64,000 nt of DNA from Glaucostegus cemiculus (Eukaryota): assembly GCA_976551045.1 (NCBI GenBank), contig CDPCPM010000033.1, positions 11,346,001 to 11,410,000 of the forward strand. Reading direction: 5' to 3'. This document shows positions 51,681-63,880 of this stretch, one piece after another (within the stretch, counting starts at the first letter, position 1; every line of letters starts with the position of its first letter). Below the pieces are notes generated by a model that was given only the letters and a program-made list of their open reading frames with translations, had not been told where the DNA came from and searched no databases. A program made the position numbers and the translations under genes.

Positions 51681-54219
51681 CATTGTTGATCTTCTACCAT
51701 AGACACCATTTTAGGTAGGACCTCAGCCATACAGAAAGGGCCTAATCAAGCTCCTATAAGTTGTGGTATAGCTCTTCCTATGGTATTGTCTTGTCAATAA
51801 ACAATGCCAAAGAACCTATAGATGTTACATCACCTGTGTTCAGAAGTTCAAGTGGTAGGTCATTTCCTCAAGTATTTGTACTGTTGTAAACTCGGTAGTT
51901 GCAAGATAATTGTGGGTTCCTGTTTCAGCTTTTGGTATAATTTTACCTTCAGAGTTACCACTGGTGCTAAAGGTTTCAGGATATTTGTTCTTTGATTGTT
52001 ATCACAGGCTACATTCAATGCTAAATTATATCAAGTGTTTAAATGACAAGAAGTTTAATTTTTGAACATTTTCCTAAGAATTTAAGCATTTTGGCCGCAA
52101 TAGCGTGGATAAACAGACACTTGGTAATGGTGCTATTGTATGTAAAGGTAGAATTTCATACAGCACACATTGTCAGATGTGATAGTCAGTTCTGTACTGC
52201 TTTAACACTAGTAAGCTTTAAATGAAAATTAATCAATGATTGTTATACAGGCTACAAATAAATACCTCTGAAATATAAAATAAATTTAAGGGATTACACT
52301 TATATAGAATTCGCTTTCTAAGATCATTAATCTCAATCACAGTCACCAAGAGGCAGTTCTACACAGCCAAGCTTATGTGAATATCCCAAACTCTCTTTCA
52401 AATAGTTCTTTGGAGAATATGGCAAGAACAATTGATTTCTCAAAGCATCTGTATATTTCAGTTTCACAAAAGACCCTGTGGACCATATTCTTACTTTGTA
52501 AACCTAGTTTAGCATTGAAATTATAATTCAAGTGGAAGTTCAGTAATTATTTTCAGTTTTCCTAAGTTGTTTCAAGGGATACACAGTCTTCAAATGGATG
52601 CATGAGTCTGTACTATGCAGTACTCTGAACCATTCAGTCTGGCATAATTTTCAGCTCATTAGATGTCTCCTACACATGATTTCATGATTAGCCTTTGAGG
52701 ACAGAGATGAAATAAAGGAGAGAAGCAAAGAATATCTGAAACAGTTAAGTGCAAAACAAGGCCTGGATCCTCATCTTTCCATTGGAATTGAGCTAAGGTA
52801 GAATTTTTATTTCTTTCTTTCTGACCTTGCCGTGATCCCATTCCATTTTCTTGGTTCAGGATCAAATAAGGAGTCAGTCTTTACAGCACCAGAAATGGAT
52901 TAACTGAAGCTAAGGGTAGTTGGAATCCCTATATGATTAAGGACAGGAATTTGGAAAAAGCTTGACAAATCAATGTTTCAACACAATATATTAGATCAAG
53001 AGAAACTGCCTGCCAGCCAGTCTTCCTGCATCTACATCCCAAGTTTTCCATGTGACCTTCTTCCTTCTGGGCTCATGATCATTGGTACGATCGGACTGGA
53101 AGAAATCTTCCACATCTTCTCTCTCAGTAATCTCTCATGATGTTAGTGGGAGTTAAGCAATATCCATCTCAGTGAATGGTAATCAGGGGGCAACTGGGGG
53201 TTGGGATAGGGTTTGTAGAAAACTTTCATGGCTAATTTTAGTAACATAGCATACATCTCCATTCCAAATTAGTAAGGATACCCAGCTTATGAACAAAGAA
53301 TTCTTGGAGAAGAATATGTCTAGGAATCAAAAGCAGAAATACAACAAATAAAAGGAGCAGAAGAAGAAGAGGGACAATTTAAAAAAATATATATCATGCC
53401 TAGACATAAGGACATACACAGGAAGATTAGAGTTTCTTAAACAGAAAGTAACACCAGGAAAAGGCAGAACTTTATCTGGAAACAGTTTTATATTGATAAA
53501 TGACTTTGACACATGATATGACAAGCCCATATAATTCTTATATTATGGTGATATGTTAGTGTTGTAGTATGTCAGAGTAAGTAACATGTCAAAATTGTGA
53601 CATAAAGATACATCATATCAAATGTCATGACAGTGGCAGGTGCTGTGACAACCTGAAGCAGTTATAAGAGATGAGGTACCATCAGTACAGGTTGAAGATG
53701 AATATATTGTAATAACCAAGCTAAGTCTCTCTGAAAAACATTAGCATCCAGGATGAAATGTGTGATGATTTTTTATGAGAAAAAAATAATTCAATTATGG
53801 GTCAGGCGGTAAAGCTTAAATAATTTTCAGTTGCTGATTTTTCTCAGGCTAGCATACAGAGCTAAAGGTAAATGGGTCAAGTATTCACTGTGCTTTATTT
53901 GCACTCCTGTTATAACTCTATCTGAATACTAAGAGAAAGCCATTACTAAGTTCTGGGAAGGGAAGGTTGCTGAAGTTCTTTTTCCAAGTGGCCTCCGAAC
54001 TTAGGGATGCCATTGAGATTGTAATCTCCTTAATGAAAAGGGAACATATGGGAGCCCAGACCTTTGTCATTTAATATCGGAAATCTAACAAGTTTCCTCC
54101 ATAACTTTCTGACCTTCTTACTGGGGCTTCTGATCGTGCAAATTGTGTGTGTCAAAATGATGTGGGTTTTGGTTATCACATTGATTCTGTGCAGCTTCAA
54201 CACCAGCACAGATTGGAAT

Positions 54220-55150
54220 TATAGAAATGTAGAAAATTAATGACACAGAAGGAAGGAAGCCATTCAGTCTGTTGTATCCATACTTATTGCAAAAGAGATA
54301 CCAAACCTAATTCAACCTTCCAGCCCCAGACATCTTGGAGGTTACAGTTCTTCAAGGGTACATCCCTGTGCTTTTTTAAAAAGTTTGAAGGTTTCTGTCT
54401 CTGCCTCCCTTTTAATGAATTCCAGACCCCTTCTGTCTTCTGGGTGAAAACATTTTTTCTCATTTCCATTCTAACCTTTTTACCATTTAGTTTAATTTGT
54501 GCCTGCAAAGGGAAATAGGTCCTCCTTCTTACTGGGCCCCTTATCATTTTATATACTTCAATTAAGTCACATCTTAGCCTCCTCTTTCCCAGGGTAAACA
54601 ACTCCAGCCCATCCACTCTTACCTCATGGTCAGAATTTTCCATCCTTGTAAATCTCCTCTGCACCCTCTCCAATGCAATCACATCGTTCCTGTCATGAAC
54701 CAGAAGTCTATGCAGTATTCAAGCTGCAGTCCAACAAATTTGTATACAATTGCAGCATAAGCTCCCTGCTCTTACATTCTGTGGATCAGCTAATAAAGAA
54801 AAGCATCCCATATTTTTTCTAACCACCTTATCAACATGTCATCCTAACTTTAAGGATCTTTGTCATTATGGGAATATTTACCCTGAACCTCTTGAATCTT
54901 CTTGATTGCCTCCTTTGTTCTGAGACTGATTTACCTTTGTTACTGTTTCTAGATTACTTTTACTTAATCACTTCTCAATCTAGAAATCTGGCCTGTCCCA
55001 CACTGGAGCATTTACTCCTGTTTTACCTTTGTCCTTTTCCATGGCTCTGCTAAATCTAACCAAATTATAATCACCGGAACAAAAAATGCTCTCACTTGCC
55101 CAGATACATTTTCTAAAACTAAATCCAGAACCGCCCCATTCCTAAAGCCT
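54220..55150 (-). mobile_element. CR1 LINE 3' fragment plus an adjacent endonuclease-region relic
   Basis: ORF 54284..54682 reads IALERVQRRFTRM...RRLRCDLIEVYKMIRG. Confidence 0.85.
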
Positions 55151-55194
55151 ATTAAACACAATTCCTTCTCCAATCAGCTTGGCATTCATCACTT

Positions 55195-55280
55195 CAACCT
55201 AAAACATTAACTCTATTTCTCCTTCCACAGATGTTGCATGCCCTGCTGAATGTTTCCAGCATTTTCTGTTTTTATTCTGA
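55195..55280 (+). mobile_element. Penelope-like terminal-repeat relic
   Basis: aacctaaaacattaactctatttct..ccacagatgttgc..cctgctgaatgtttccagcattttctg. Confidence 0.7.
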
Positions 55281-55829
55281 CCCTACCCCATTAAAGTTTT
55301 ATTTGGCTTGTTAAATTCTTCCAATGGAAAAAAAAATCTCTTGAAAACAATTTATGAATTCTCAATAATTTTTGCACTTACTGCATCCCTATTAGTACTG
55401 GAATAATTGATATCCCCACTACAATTGTTCAATTGTTTTTGCATGTCACAAGTTTGCTCTTCTATCTCCCTCAAACTGTTTGGTCTACAGTACCATTAAA
55501 GTAGTGTGGTTACCCCTCTTTTGTTCTTTAGTTCACCCATAATGCCTCATTTGATGACCTTTGTAACATATCGTCCTTTCTCACAACTGTGATTGCTTTA
55601 CTAAACAATATTACAATTCCCAACACATCTCCTTATTTTGTCTAACGAGAACAATCACAAGAATCACATAATAATTGTGATTTATGATTTGCAAATCAGA
55701 ACCTAATGAAAACAAACAATATTCATTTTTCCAGTGCTTTAAGCCAGAAAATAGCATTTCAAAATGAATGACATTGTTTGAGTTGGGATTTCGTACAAAT
55801 CTGAGTCACCTTTTGTGTGGAAAAGGGAA

Positions 55830-55935
55830 AGTATATGTTTTTATATATTAATTCAAGATGTTTTAAAGTGCTTCACAACTGATGAAGTATTCTTGAATTG
55901 CAGACACTAGAGAAATGCTGCAGTCAATTTGGCCA
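55830..55935 (-). mobile_element. DeuSINE tail relic
   Basis: The reverse complement caaattgactgcagcatttc..ttcaagaatacttcatcagttgtgaagcacttt matches the other copies. Confidence 0.5.
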
Positions 55936-56619
55936 AACTAATTTATTAACTTCTTACTGCTGATATTCAACATTGAAGCCACAGTCAATGTGAATCAGAA
56001 CATGAGTTACAGTAGGAAAATATTCTTTAGCAGTGTCTCTTTGGCACTTTAACTACAGTATTGATGTGGCTGAAGCAATTAGGCTTCTGGTGAGAATTAA
56101 TACTTCAGATTTTGATGATATCACTGGGCACTGTTTCACACCCTCAGGTTGTGCTGTGGATAAATTGGAGCAACTTTTCAAGAAACTATATGGGCATATT
56201 GATCTGGTACCTAGATGTAGAAAATATACTACCAGGATGATTTTCTGTCTAATGGTGATGTGAGCTGAAATAGACACTGCTATCTATTATGATGTGAACA
56301 ATATCCATATTGGCAGAGATTGCTAAGATCACAGTGCTCATCAAATTTAGTGCAGGGGACTGGTACAACATCCCCATTTCCATAACACTGTTGCATTATG
56401 GTGTCATAGATATTCACAACAGGATTGCAGGCTTTCCAGTGAAGCAGAAGGCTATTGGCTCTACTTATTTCACACTGCTGGTATCTTGGGAGATCAACTG
56501 GAAAGCATTCCACTCCCTGAATATATAGCAGTTGTGTGACCATAAGCAGCCCATCACAATGATAAGTACCTGATATCCTGTTGGCAGTCATAATTCACTC
56601 ATTCTCGACTAGTCCACAT

Positions 56620-57005
56620 TATGTTACAACTTTATAAAACACTAGTTAGACTGCACTTAGAGTATTCTGTGCAGTTCTGGTCACCACACCATAGGAAGGA
56701 TATAATTGTGTTGGAGAGAGTACAGAGGATGTTGTCAAGATTGGAGAATTTTAGTTATGTGGAGAGATTGGATAGGCTGGATTTGTTTGACTGAGGCATA
56801 TAAAATTATAAGAAGCATAGGTAGGTGGAGTCAAATATAATTGCTGCGTTTAAGAGACATTGAGATAGGCAATTAAACAGGCAAGGCGTAAAAGAACACA
56901 GACCTAATGCAGCCAAATGGAATTAGTGTAGATGAGCAAAAAGATGAGCATGGATGTGGTGGGTTGAAGGACCCGTTTCTGTGCTGTACATCTCTATGAC
57001 TCTAC
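56620..57005 (+). mobile_element. Internally deleted CR1 3' fragment
   Basis: LQLYKTLVRLHLEYSVQFWSPHHRKD, and 3' end tgtgctgtacatctctatgactcta. Confidence 0.88.
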
Positions 57006-57299
57006 AGAGACTGAATAAGTTCCCTCACCAAATTTGGACTTAGTTCAGAACCAAATGCCAGGAAAGCAGTAATTGTCCATCCAATTACCGTTGACACTTA
57101 CATCATGAATCAGCAGCCATGTTAATAGAGAAAAAACTAAACTTTTAGCAATTTTCTATTTGCATTTATGCTTCATTAGCTAATTATGGAATGATTTGGT
57201 TTCAAAAGATATGTAATGGCTGCAGATCAATGGCACTTCTCTTCAAAGTAGTTCACTTTCCATGTGTTTTGAAACACAATCCATTAATATACAAATGCA

Positions 57300-57438
57300 A
57301 GCAAAAATCAAAAACTTGCAGATGCTGAAAATCTAGAATAAAAACAGAAAATGTAAGAAGTACTCAGCTGATCATGCAGCGTCTGTGGATACAGAAACAC
57401 TGAGTCAATGTTTCAGGTTGGTGACCTTTCATGAGAAC
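57300..57438 (-). mobile_element. Penelope-like terminal-repeat relic with degenerate hammerhead
   Basis: Minus strand gttCTCATGAaaggtcaccaacctGAAACattgactc...cacagacgctgc.. Confidence 0.72.
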
Positions 57439-57539
57439 GAACCAGTTCCAATACAAACTGGAAAAGAGTATTATCTGAAATTCTTGAATTCAACATCTTG
57501 TTCTAAGGGCCATAAAGTGTTCTTTGCAACAGTGGAGGC

Positions 57540-57905
57540 TGAGGGGAGACTTAATTGAGATACATAAAATTTTGAGGGGCCTAGAAGACTAAGTAGAAAA
57601 TACCTTTTTCCCTTCTGAAAGAGTCTAGATGTAAAGTTATTGTTGAAGGACTCAAGTGGAAAAGAGGAAAATATTTTCACCCAGAGGGTGGTAGTAGTAT
57701 GGAACTCACTACCTGATAGAGAAATGGAAACACAAACCCTTATCGCATTTAAACAATCCCTGGGTGTGGACTTAAAGAGCTGTGAACAGCAGGGCTACGG
57801 ACCCTCTACACAAAGGTGGGGTTAGACTGAAGGGTTCCTTTTCAACCAGCACAGACACAATAGGCTGAATGGTCTCCTTCAGTGTTGTGAAATTGGTATG
57901 ACTCA
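57540..57905 (+). mobile_element. CR1 3' end fragment
   Basis: NIFTQRVVVVWNSLP and 3' UTR ggctgaatggtctccttc. Confidence 0.82.
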
Positions 57906-58319
57906 TTGATCATGTCAGTACAATTTGCCCATACATCCTACAATCATCTCTCAAACCCTTTGCTTGGATATGTGACCACTCATTATAGGTTTGTTCTCAA
58001 TTTATAAATTCTGTGCACTGGTTTTCCTGTTGTTATATTTACTCTTCAGTTCTTCAAAGTCATTTTTTTCTTGTGTATTATTGAAATATGTGTTGGATTT
58101 TTTAAATGAACAGTGAGACCTACATCATAGCATTTATATTTTTTATGCCATCAATATTAAGATCAAAAAGGTGCTTGAATGTTCTGTTTTTGGATGAATG
58201 TGAATTAAAACTAATTTTTATATAAAGAAGTGTATTTTAGCCTCTCTTTGAGCTTTTCTATTCCACTAATTTACAAACATTTCACATTTAGATATATGCA
58301 AACAAAATTTACAAGATGA

Positions 58320-58532
58320 AAATCAAAAAGCTGTAGACGTGACTATGCTGACAAAGTTCGTAAGGTCAGGCAGTATTTGTGGAAAGGGAGAGAGTTAACC
58401 ACTTCAGACAAACTGTTTTCTACCTTTGCCAGTTCTGACACAGTGTCTCTGGTCTGAAACATTAACTGTTTTTCTTTCCACAGATGCCGTCTGACCTGCT
58501 GAGTGTTTCCAGCATTTTTTGTTTATATTTCA
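58320..58532. mobile_element. Inverted pair of Penelope-like terminal-repeat relics
   Basis: 58320-58408 (minus) and 58430-58532 (plus) both carry ctgaa..ttaact...ttccaca.at.c.g.ctgacct. Confidence 0.7.
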
Positions 58533-59694
58533 AAATTCACAGAACATTTGAGTACAACTTGACATCATTAGAATGGGCACAAGAAGAAGTGAATTATAGT
58601 CCAATCTCTGGAGTTGCGTGCACATTGCAAACTCCTGGGAAAAATGTTTTCATCTGCATTTTATTGAACAGTACTATGGCTTCAAAGTTAATGACATAGA
58701 AATTGGACATGTTGCTCCCATTTCCCAGTTGGAAAATGTGTGTAAGTAACTCCAGCCTCTTCTGTCCAAATAACTTCCAAGGCCAAATTGGATGGAATAT
58801 TTTGGGCAACAGATTATCTGGCTGGTGCCTACAGCAGATGTTAGGGTTTGAAATGTGGAGGAATATGCCCTTTGACCCAAACCAGACGTTTGTTTAAATT
58901 AAGCATAGCAATATCTTACATTAAAGTTCCCAAGGTATTCAAAGTGGCCTAACCAGCAGTCTACATTTTAACTGCTAGCCACTAGCAGCATGAATCCCTT
59001 CTCCTCCTCATAGTTATGATATTTATAATACTGTCTGAATCTGCATTATGTTGTTGGATATTTTGGGATATAATTTAATCTTTTGATTATTCCCTCTGAC
59101 AGTTTCCGAAGCCACAATTCATGGTTGTGTTTAGAGCTAAGATAGCTACAGTTTGAGATTGTAGGCCCATAATGTGTGTGCTCAATCAGAATTGAGACAT
59201 CAGCCTTCAAGTTCTCCATCATGGTACAGCAGGTGCTCTGCTGTAGTTGGATATCCATTGCACATTGGGTAAAACTGGCACTTACACTATTTTTATCCCT
59301 GGTTCCAGCTAATTTGTTTCTGATGATCCACCACATGCACACCTCTAAATTACATGTTGTCAGTATCTGAGCTGGTGGCTGTAACAGTGAAATTACGTGG
59401 TGGTAATTCTTCATCTCTGCTGTCTTCTTTTACCACCTGGGCTGCTTGACATTCTTCATGAAAAAGATATGAGATAATGGCAGTGTTGTGTTGAGGAACT
59501 GGGGGAAAGCAATAGCAGCAACTTTTGTAAGATGTAAGACAAGAGAAAGAGGATTAGGAATATGCATACTCTTTAATGGCAACAGCCTACTGAAGCATTT
59601 TATCAATTGGCTTTCCCATAATGGCCTGTTCCTTCTTCTCAATAGGCTTTACTACCAAAAATGCCCATTACCCAATTAAGATTTAAAAATATTT

Positions 59695-59822
59695 ATTTGT
59701 TAGTCACATGCAAATAAAAACACACAATGAAATGCATCTTTTTATGTTACTGAGAATGTGCCAGGGGCAGCCCGCAAATGTCACCTCTCTTCCGGCACCA
59801 ACGTAGCATATCCACAGCTATG
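59695..59822 (-). mobile_element. 5'-truncated copy (tail only) of the 23.8-kb SINE family
   Basis: ttagtcacatg..cacacaatgaaatgcatcttt..ggggcagcccgcaaatgtcacc..ttccggcaccaacgtagcat aligns to 23783-23893. Confidence 0.8.
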
Positions 59823-59929
59823 CTCACTTGGTATGAGCCAAGAATTTCCCTGCTTTTAGTTGCTAGTGTGTCATTTTCTGTGCCATTGTCTCCATCAAAA
59901 CAACAAGAAATATGTCAGTGATTATCATG

Positions 59930-60375
59930 TAATACGTTTTGATTGAATAGCTAGCATTTGTTGCATCTCATTCCCTCATCCATTATTGATATAGATTGAG
60001 AACAGCTAGAACCCCAGCACTGATCCTCATGCTACCTCATGCATCACATCCTGAAAGTGACTCATATTTCCTTCTCTCCGTTTTCTTACCTTTAACCAGT
60101 CCTCAGTCCATGTAGTATATAACACTATGTACTAATTTTAATAATTTGTATAGCACCTTATCTGCTGGTTACAAATTCAAAAAACATTAACGAATTTCTC
60201 AGACATAATTTCCTTTTCATAAGTTCCACATTGACTTTACTCAGTTATATTATTATGATTTTCTAGGTGACCAATGCATTTCCTTAATTATTGATTCCAG
60301 TATCTTCCATACTATTCTGAAGTTTTGGGTATAGTTTTGGTCATATTTAAGGAACGATATTAATGCATGGGAATT
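59930..60375. mobile_element. Decayed CR1 fragments
   Basis: ccccagcactgatcct (GSVLG on the minus strand) and ataatttccttttcataa segments are shared with other CR1 copies in the window. Confidence 0.6.
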
Positions 60376-60709
60376 ATTTCAGAGAAAAAAATCTCTGGAT
60401 AAACGTGCACACCACATCAGACACACAGATTTAATTTCCAGATATTTGTGATCTTTAATGCTTAAGCATGGCATAGTCTCTCAGATGTACAACTTAGTTG
60501 CCACAAATAATTAACAGGTGAATGAATGTGGATAACTGCCATGTCACATACATGGTGCCTAAACACACAGAAAATCTGCAGTAACTTGTTTTTGTGGTGG
60601 ATGAGTGGCATATTACCCATTGCTTGGAGGCTTTAAATATACTCCTGGTCGATTCTGTTCCAAGGGGGTCTGCTTTAAAATTCTGTAGAAAAGGTTCCCC
60701 TACCTTTCC

Positions 60710-61940
60710 CAATCTCCAGGGACCCAAATAGTCTTTCCAGGTGAAGCAGAAATTCAGTTGCACTATTTCCAATCCAGTGAACTACATTCAGTGTTCACAA
60801 TGTGGCTTTGTCCGCACTGGAGTAACCAAACTCAGACCATGTGAGCACTTTGCAGAGTATCTATACTCAATCTAGAGTAGTGACCCCAAGCTCCCCATTC
60901 CCTACTATTAATTCTCCATTTCACGTCCACTCTTGTCGTCTCCTGCACCGTTACAAGGTCCAAAAGCAAACCTGAGGGCCAGCACCTCTTTTCCCCTTGG
61001 GAATTTTGCAGCTTTCTGGATGAAATAATGAATTCTCCAAGATTAGCTAACTTTTCTTTTTGTCTCTATCAGAACTGGCCATTTCTGCCTGTATCAGAAC
61101 TGGCCATTTCTGCCAGTCATCCAACTATGAGTTTGGCTCAGTTCTTCCTTTTCCATTAGTATGACTTGGCCTGTTGAGCATGTTCACAGCACTGCTATTA
61201 GTAATACATAACTCAGGCAAAGATGACAAAGAAATATCTATAGACGAATGATGGAGAGGATTCTGACTGGTTGCATCACAGCCTGGTATGGAGGCTCAGA
61301 TGCTCAGAGTTGCAAGAGACTGCAGAGGGTTGTAGACTCAGCCAGCTCCATCCTGGGCTAAACCCTCCACACCATCGAAGATATCTTCAAGAGGCAGTGC
61401 CTGAAGGAGGTGGTGTTCATCATTAAGGACCCTCAGCAGCTAGGACATGCCCTCTTCTCATTACTACCATCGGGGAGGAGGTGCAGGAGCCTGAAGATGC
61501 ACACTGAATGATTTAGGAACAGCTTCTTCCCCTCTGCCATCAGATTTCTGAACGGTCCATGAACCCATGAACGCTACCTCATCGTTCCTTTTTTTGCACT
61601 ATATATTTCATAATTTATAGTAATTTTTATGTCTTTGCACTGTACTACTGCCACAAGATAACAAATTTCACGTCAAATGTCAGTCATGATAAACTTGATT
61701 CTGATAATATACTTCTAATTGCCACATTAACTCACTTGTTCTCACCTAATCAGAGATACTTCCTTTGTTCTACCAATCCTTTCCCCACCTTCTCTGTGAC
61801 TTGTTTACGCTCTTTCCCAGTTCTGACATTGGGTTTTGGACCTGAAACATTAACTCTTGTTTCTCCTTCCACAGATGCTGCCTGACCAGCTAAGTGTTTC
61901 TGGAATTTTCTGTTTTTATTTCAGATTTCTGCAGTTTTAT
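60710..61940 (+). mobile_element. Penelope-like (Poseidon-type) element relic: GIY-YIG endonuclease pseudogene plus terminal repeat
   Basis: Hand translation from ~60717 gives QGPK*SFQVKQKFSCTISNPVNYIQCSQCGFVRTGVTKLRPCEHFAEYLYSI, a decayed form of 'FTC.S.NVIY.I.C..CG..YIGET.R.L..RF.EH'. The terminal repeat lies at 61750-61940. Confidence 0.82.
61250..61705 (+). mobile_element. Rex-Babar LINE 3' end nested inside the Penelope relic
   Basis: ILTGCITAWYGG..KRLQRVVDSASSI..HALFSLLPSGRRCRSLK..FRNSFFPSAIRFLN, with tail gataaacttgattctga. Confidence 0.88.
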
Positions 61941-63781
61941 TTGAGTTCCACCTGGTCATTGGGGTCTGGTGCATCTGAGTCACAGTTAGTTTTCCAACAA
62001 TTCCAGGGTATCTTACTAGAGTTACAATGAGAGTGCATTGTGAATTTTCAGCTTCATGTGTTCTGCCACAATTCTCACTCCTTGACTCAAAAACTGAATC
62101 AGTCAGATTTATTGTCACTTCCATATACACATTCAGCATGCATGGGAGCGAAATACCGTACTCCACAGATCAAGGAGCTGGTCATATTAAAAAAAAACAA
62201 TGAAAGATGCAAAGACAGAAAGACATTAATGACATTGGAACCGTACAAATTAAAAAGAGACTCCAGTAAAACATTCTTAGAATGAGCGTACTGAACTGGT
62301 GGCTTCAAATGAAGTCTCTAAACAAAAATTTAACTTAGAACAATAAAAAAAACACAAATATAAAATACTCTTTCAGAAGAGGGGATTCTTTACCCCGGTT
62401 ATCCAACTGGATACCATTTCACTTCATACTCAAGAGATGCAATTAAGAGAAGTCCTAGCTAATGACACTGTGCATGGAATACTTTAGGTCAAGATACATT
62501 TTAATAAACATTTGTGGAAGTTCTTCATTTGTTTGGCCTCATTTGAGGATTTGAGGATTTCAGTTACATTCTAAAACACTATTTTATTATGAAGTTTCAG
62601 AGAACACTTCATAGTCTTTGATATAAAAAAAAATTCAACTTAGTCTGGACTACTGGCTATCTTGCAGCAAGTCAGTGAGTAGAGCTGATTTTATGAGAGA
62701 ATTTTGGTATCAGAAAACCACATCCACCAGCAGAGTATACTTAGAAAGTTACTTCTCTATAACTTAATATTCAAGTTCTAATGACTTACATGGGATGAGT
62801 TTGATCATTTCTCCGCCAGGTTACCCAGTGGAACCCAAATGATGGGAATCAAAGTCAACCCCTAAAGATCGATTGCAGTGCAATTGTCTACATATTTGTA
62901 AGTAATTCTCATTTGCCTGCTCTTCAGTTAAACATAATCATATATGAATAATGAATAAAAAAATCAATATTTTATTATCAGACTAGTTAAAAAATTTCTA
63001 TCAATATTTGTCCCTGAATCCACTACATGCATTAACTTACTGGGACCAATGCTTTTAGAATTAAATGCTTTCTGCTTTCTCTGTGTTCCTTTCTTCCAAT
63101 TTTGTCCACTTTTATATATATACAAATTTCTTGTCATTTATAGTTATACTTCACAAATTGCAATATGTCATTGGTTTACTATAGACACCTTCTCTGTTGG
63201 CTCTTTGAAAGCCTGTATATAGAGATATCTTTCATTATATTATGCCACGCATATCACATCATGAATATAACTTAGCAATATGATAGTTGACTTGGTCGGG
63301 TGTAAATCAATGGGAATGATCTTGAAATCCACATATGATTTGATATTTGTGTTTCTATTTCTGAGGTGATTAATTGTGAATGTCTTCCATATTTTTTCAT
63401 ACATTCTATGCAATGCCCTGTTTCTAACTAATTGAATATTTATGTTGCAGTGAAATTTATGGAATCAGGTTTAAGAAGTGAGAACTGAAAATTTGGAGCC
63501 TTCACTCATTTCTACTTACCCCTACTTAGGAAGCCCAGTAATTGCAAGAACACGTACCAAGAATTAAAGTGCAAGTTGACATGCTCAAAGCATTAAAATG
63601 AAAACTGGCACATGATTTAATTGATTATAACATCACATGGTTAAGTACTGCAGTGCTCTGAGGATTCTTTTTGAAATAGATTACAATTTCCTGGCAAAAT
63701 CCTTGAATAAATATGGAAATCTATCTAATGACTTGCAATCGGCAGACCATTTACTGACTTTACTTTTGTGATTTGGTTTTC

Positions 63782-63880
63782 ATTTCTGAGGAAGGAAGAA
63801 GTCCAAAACATAAGCCTATATTTTTCCCTTCACTGAATGTTATGTGCAGCACTTCCAACACATCTTGTTCTGTTTCAGGG
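63782..63880 (+). mobile_element. Older Penelope-like terminal-repeat relic with hammerhead-like core
   Basis: CTGAGGA-a-GGA(agaag)TCC-AAAACAT, followed by a weakly similar downstream sequence. Confidence 0.45.
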
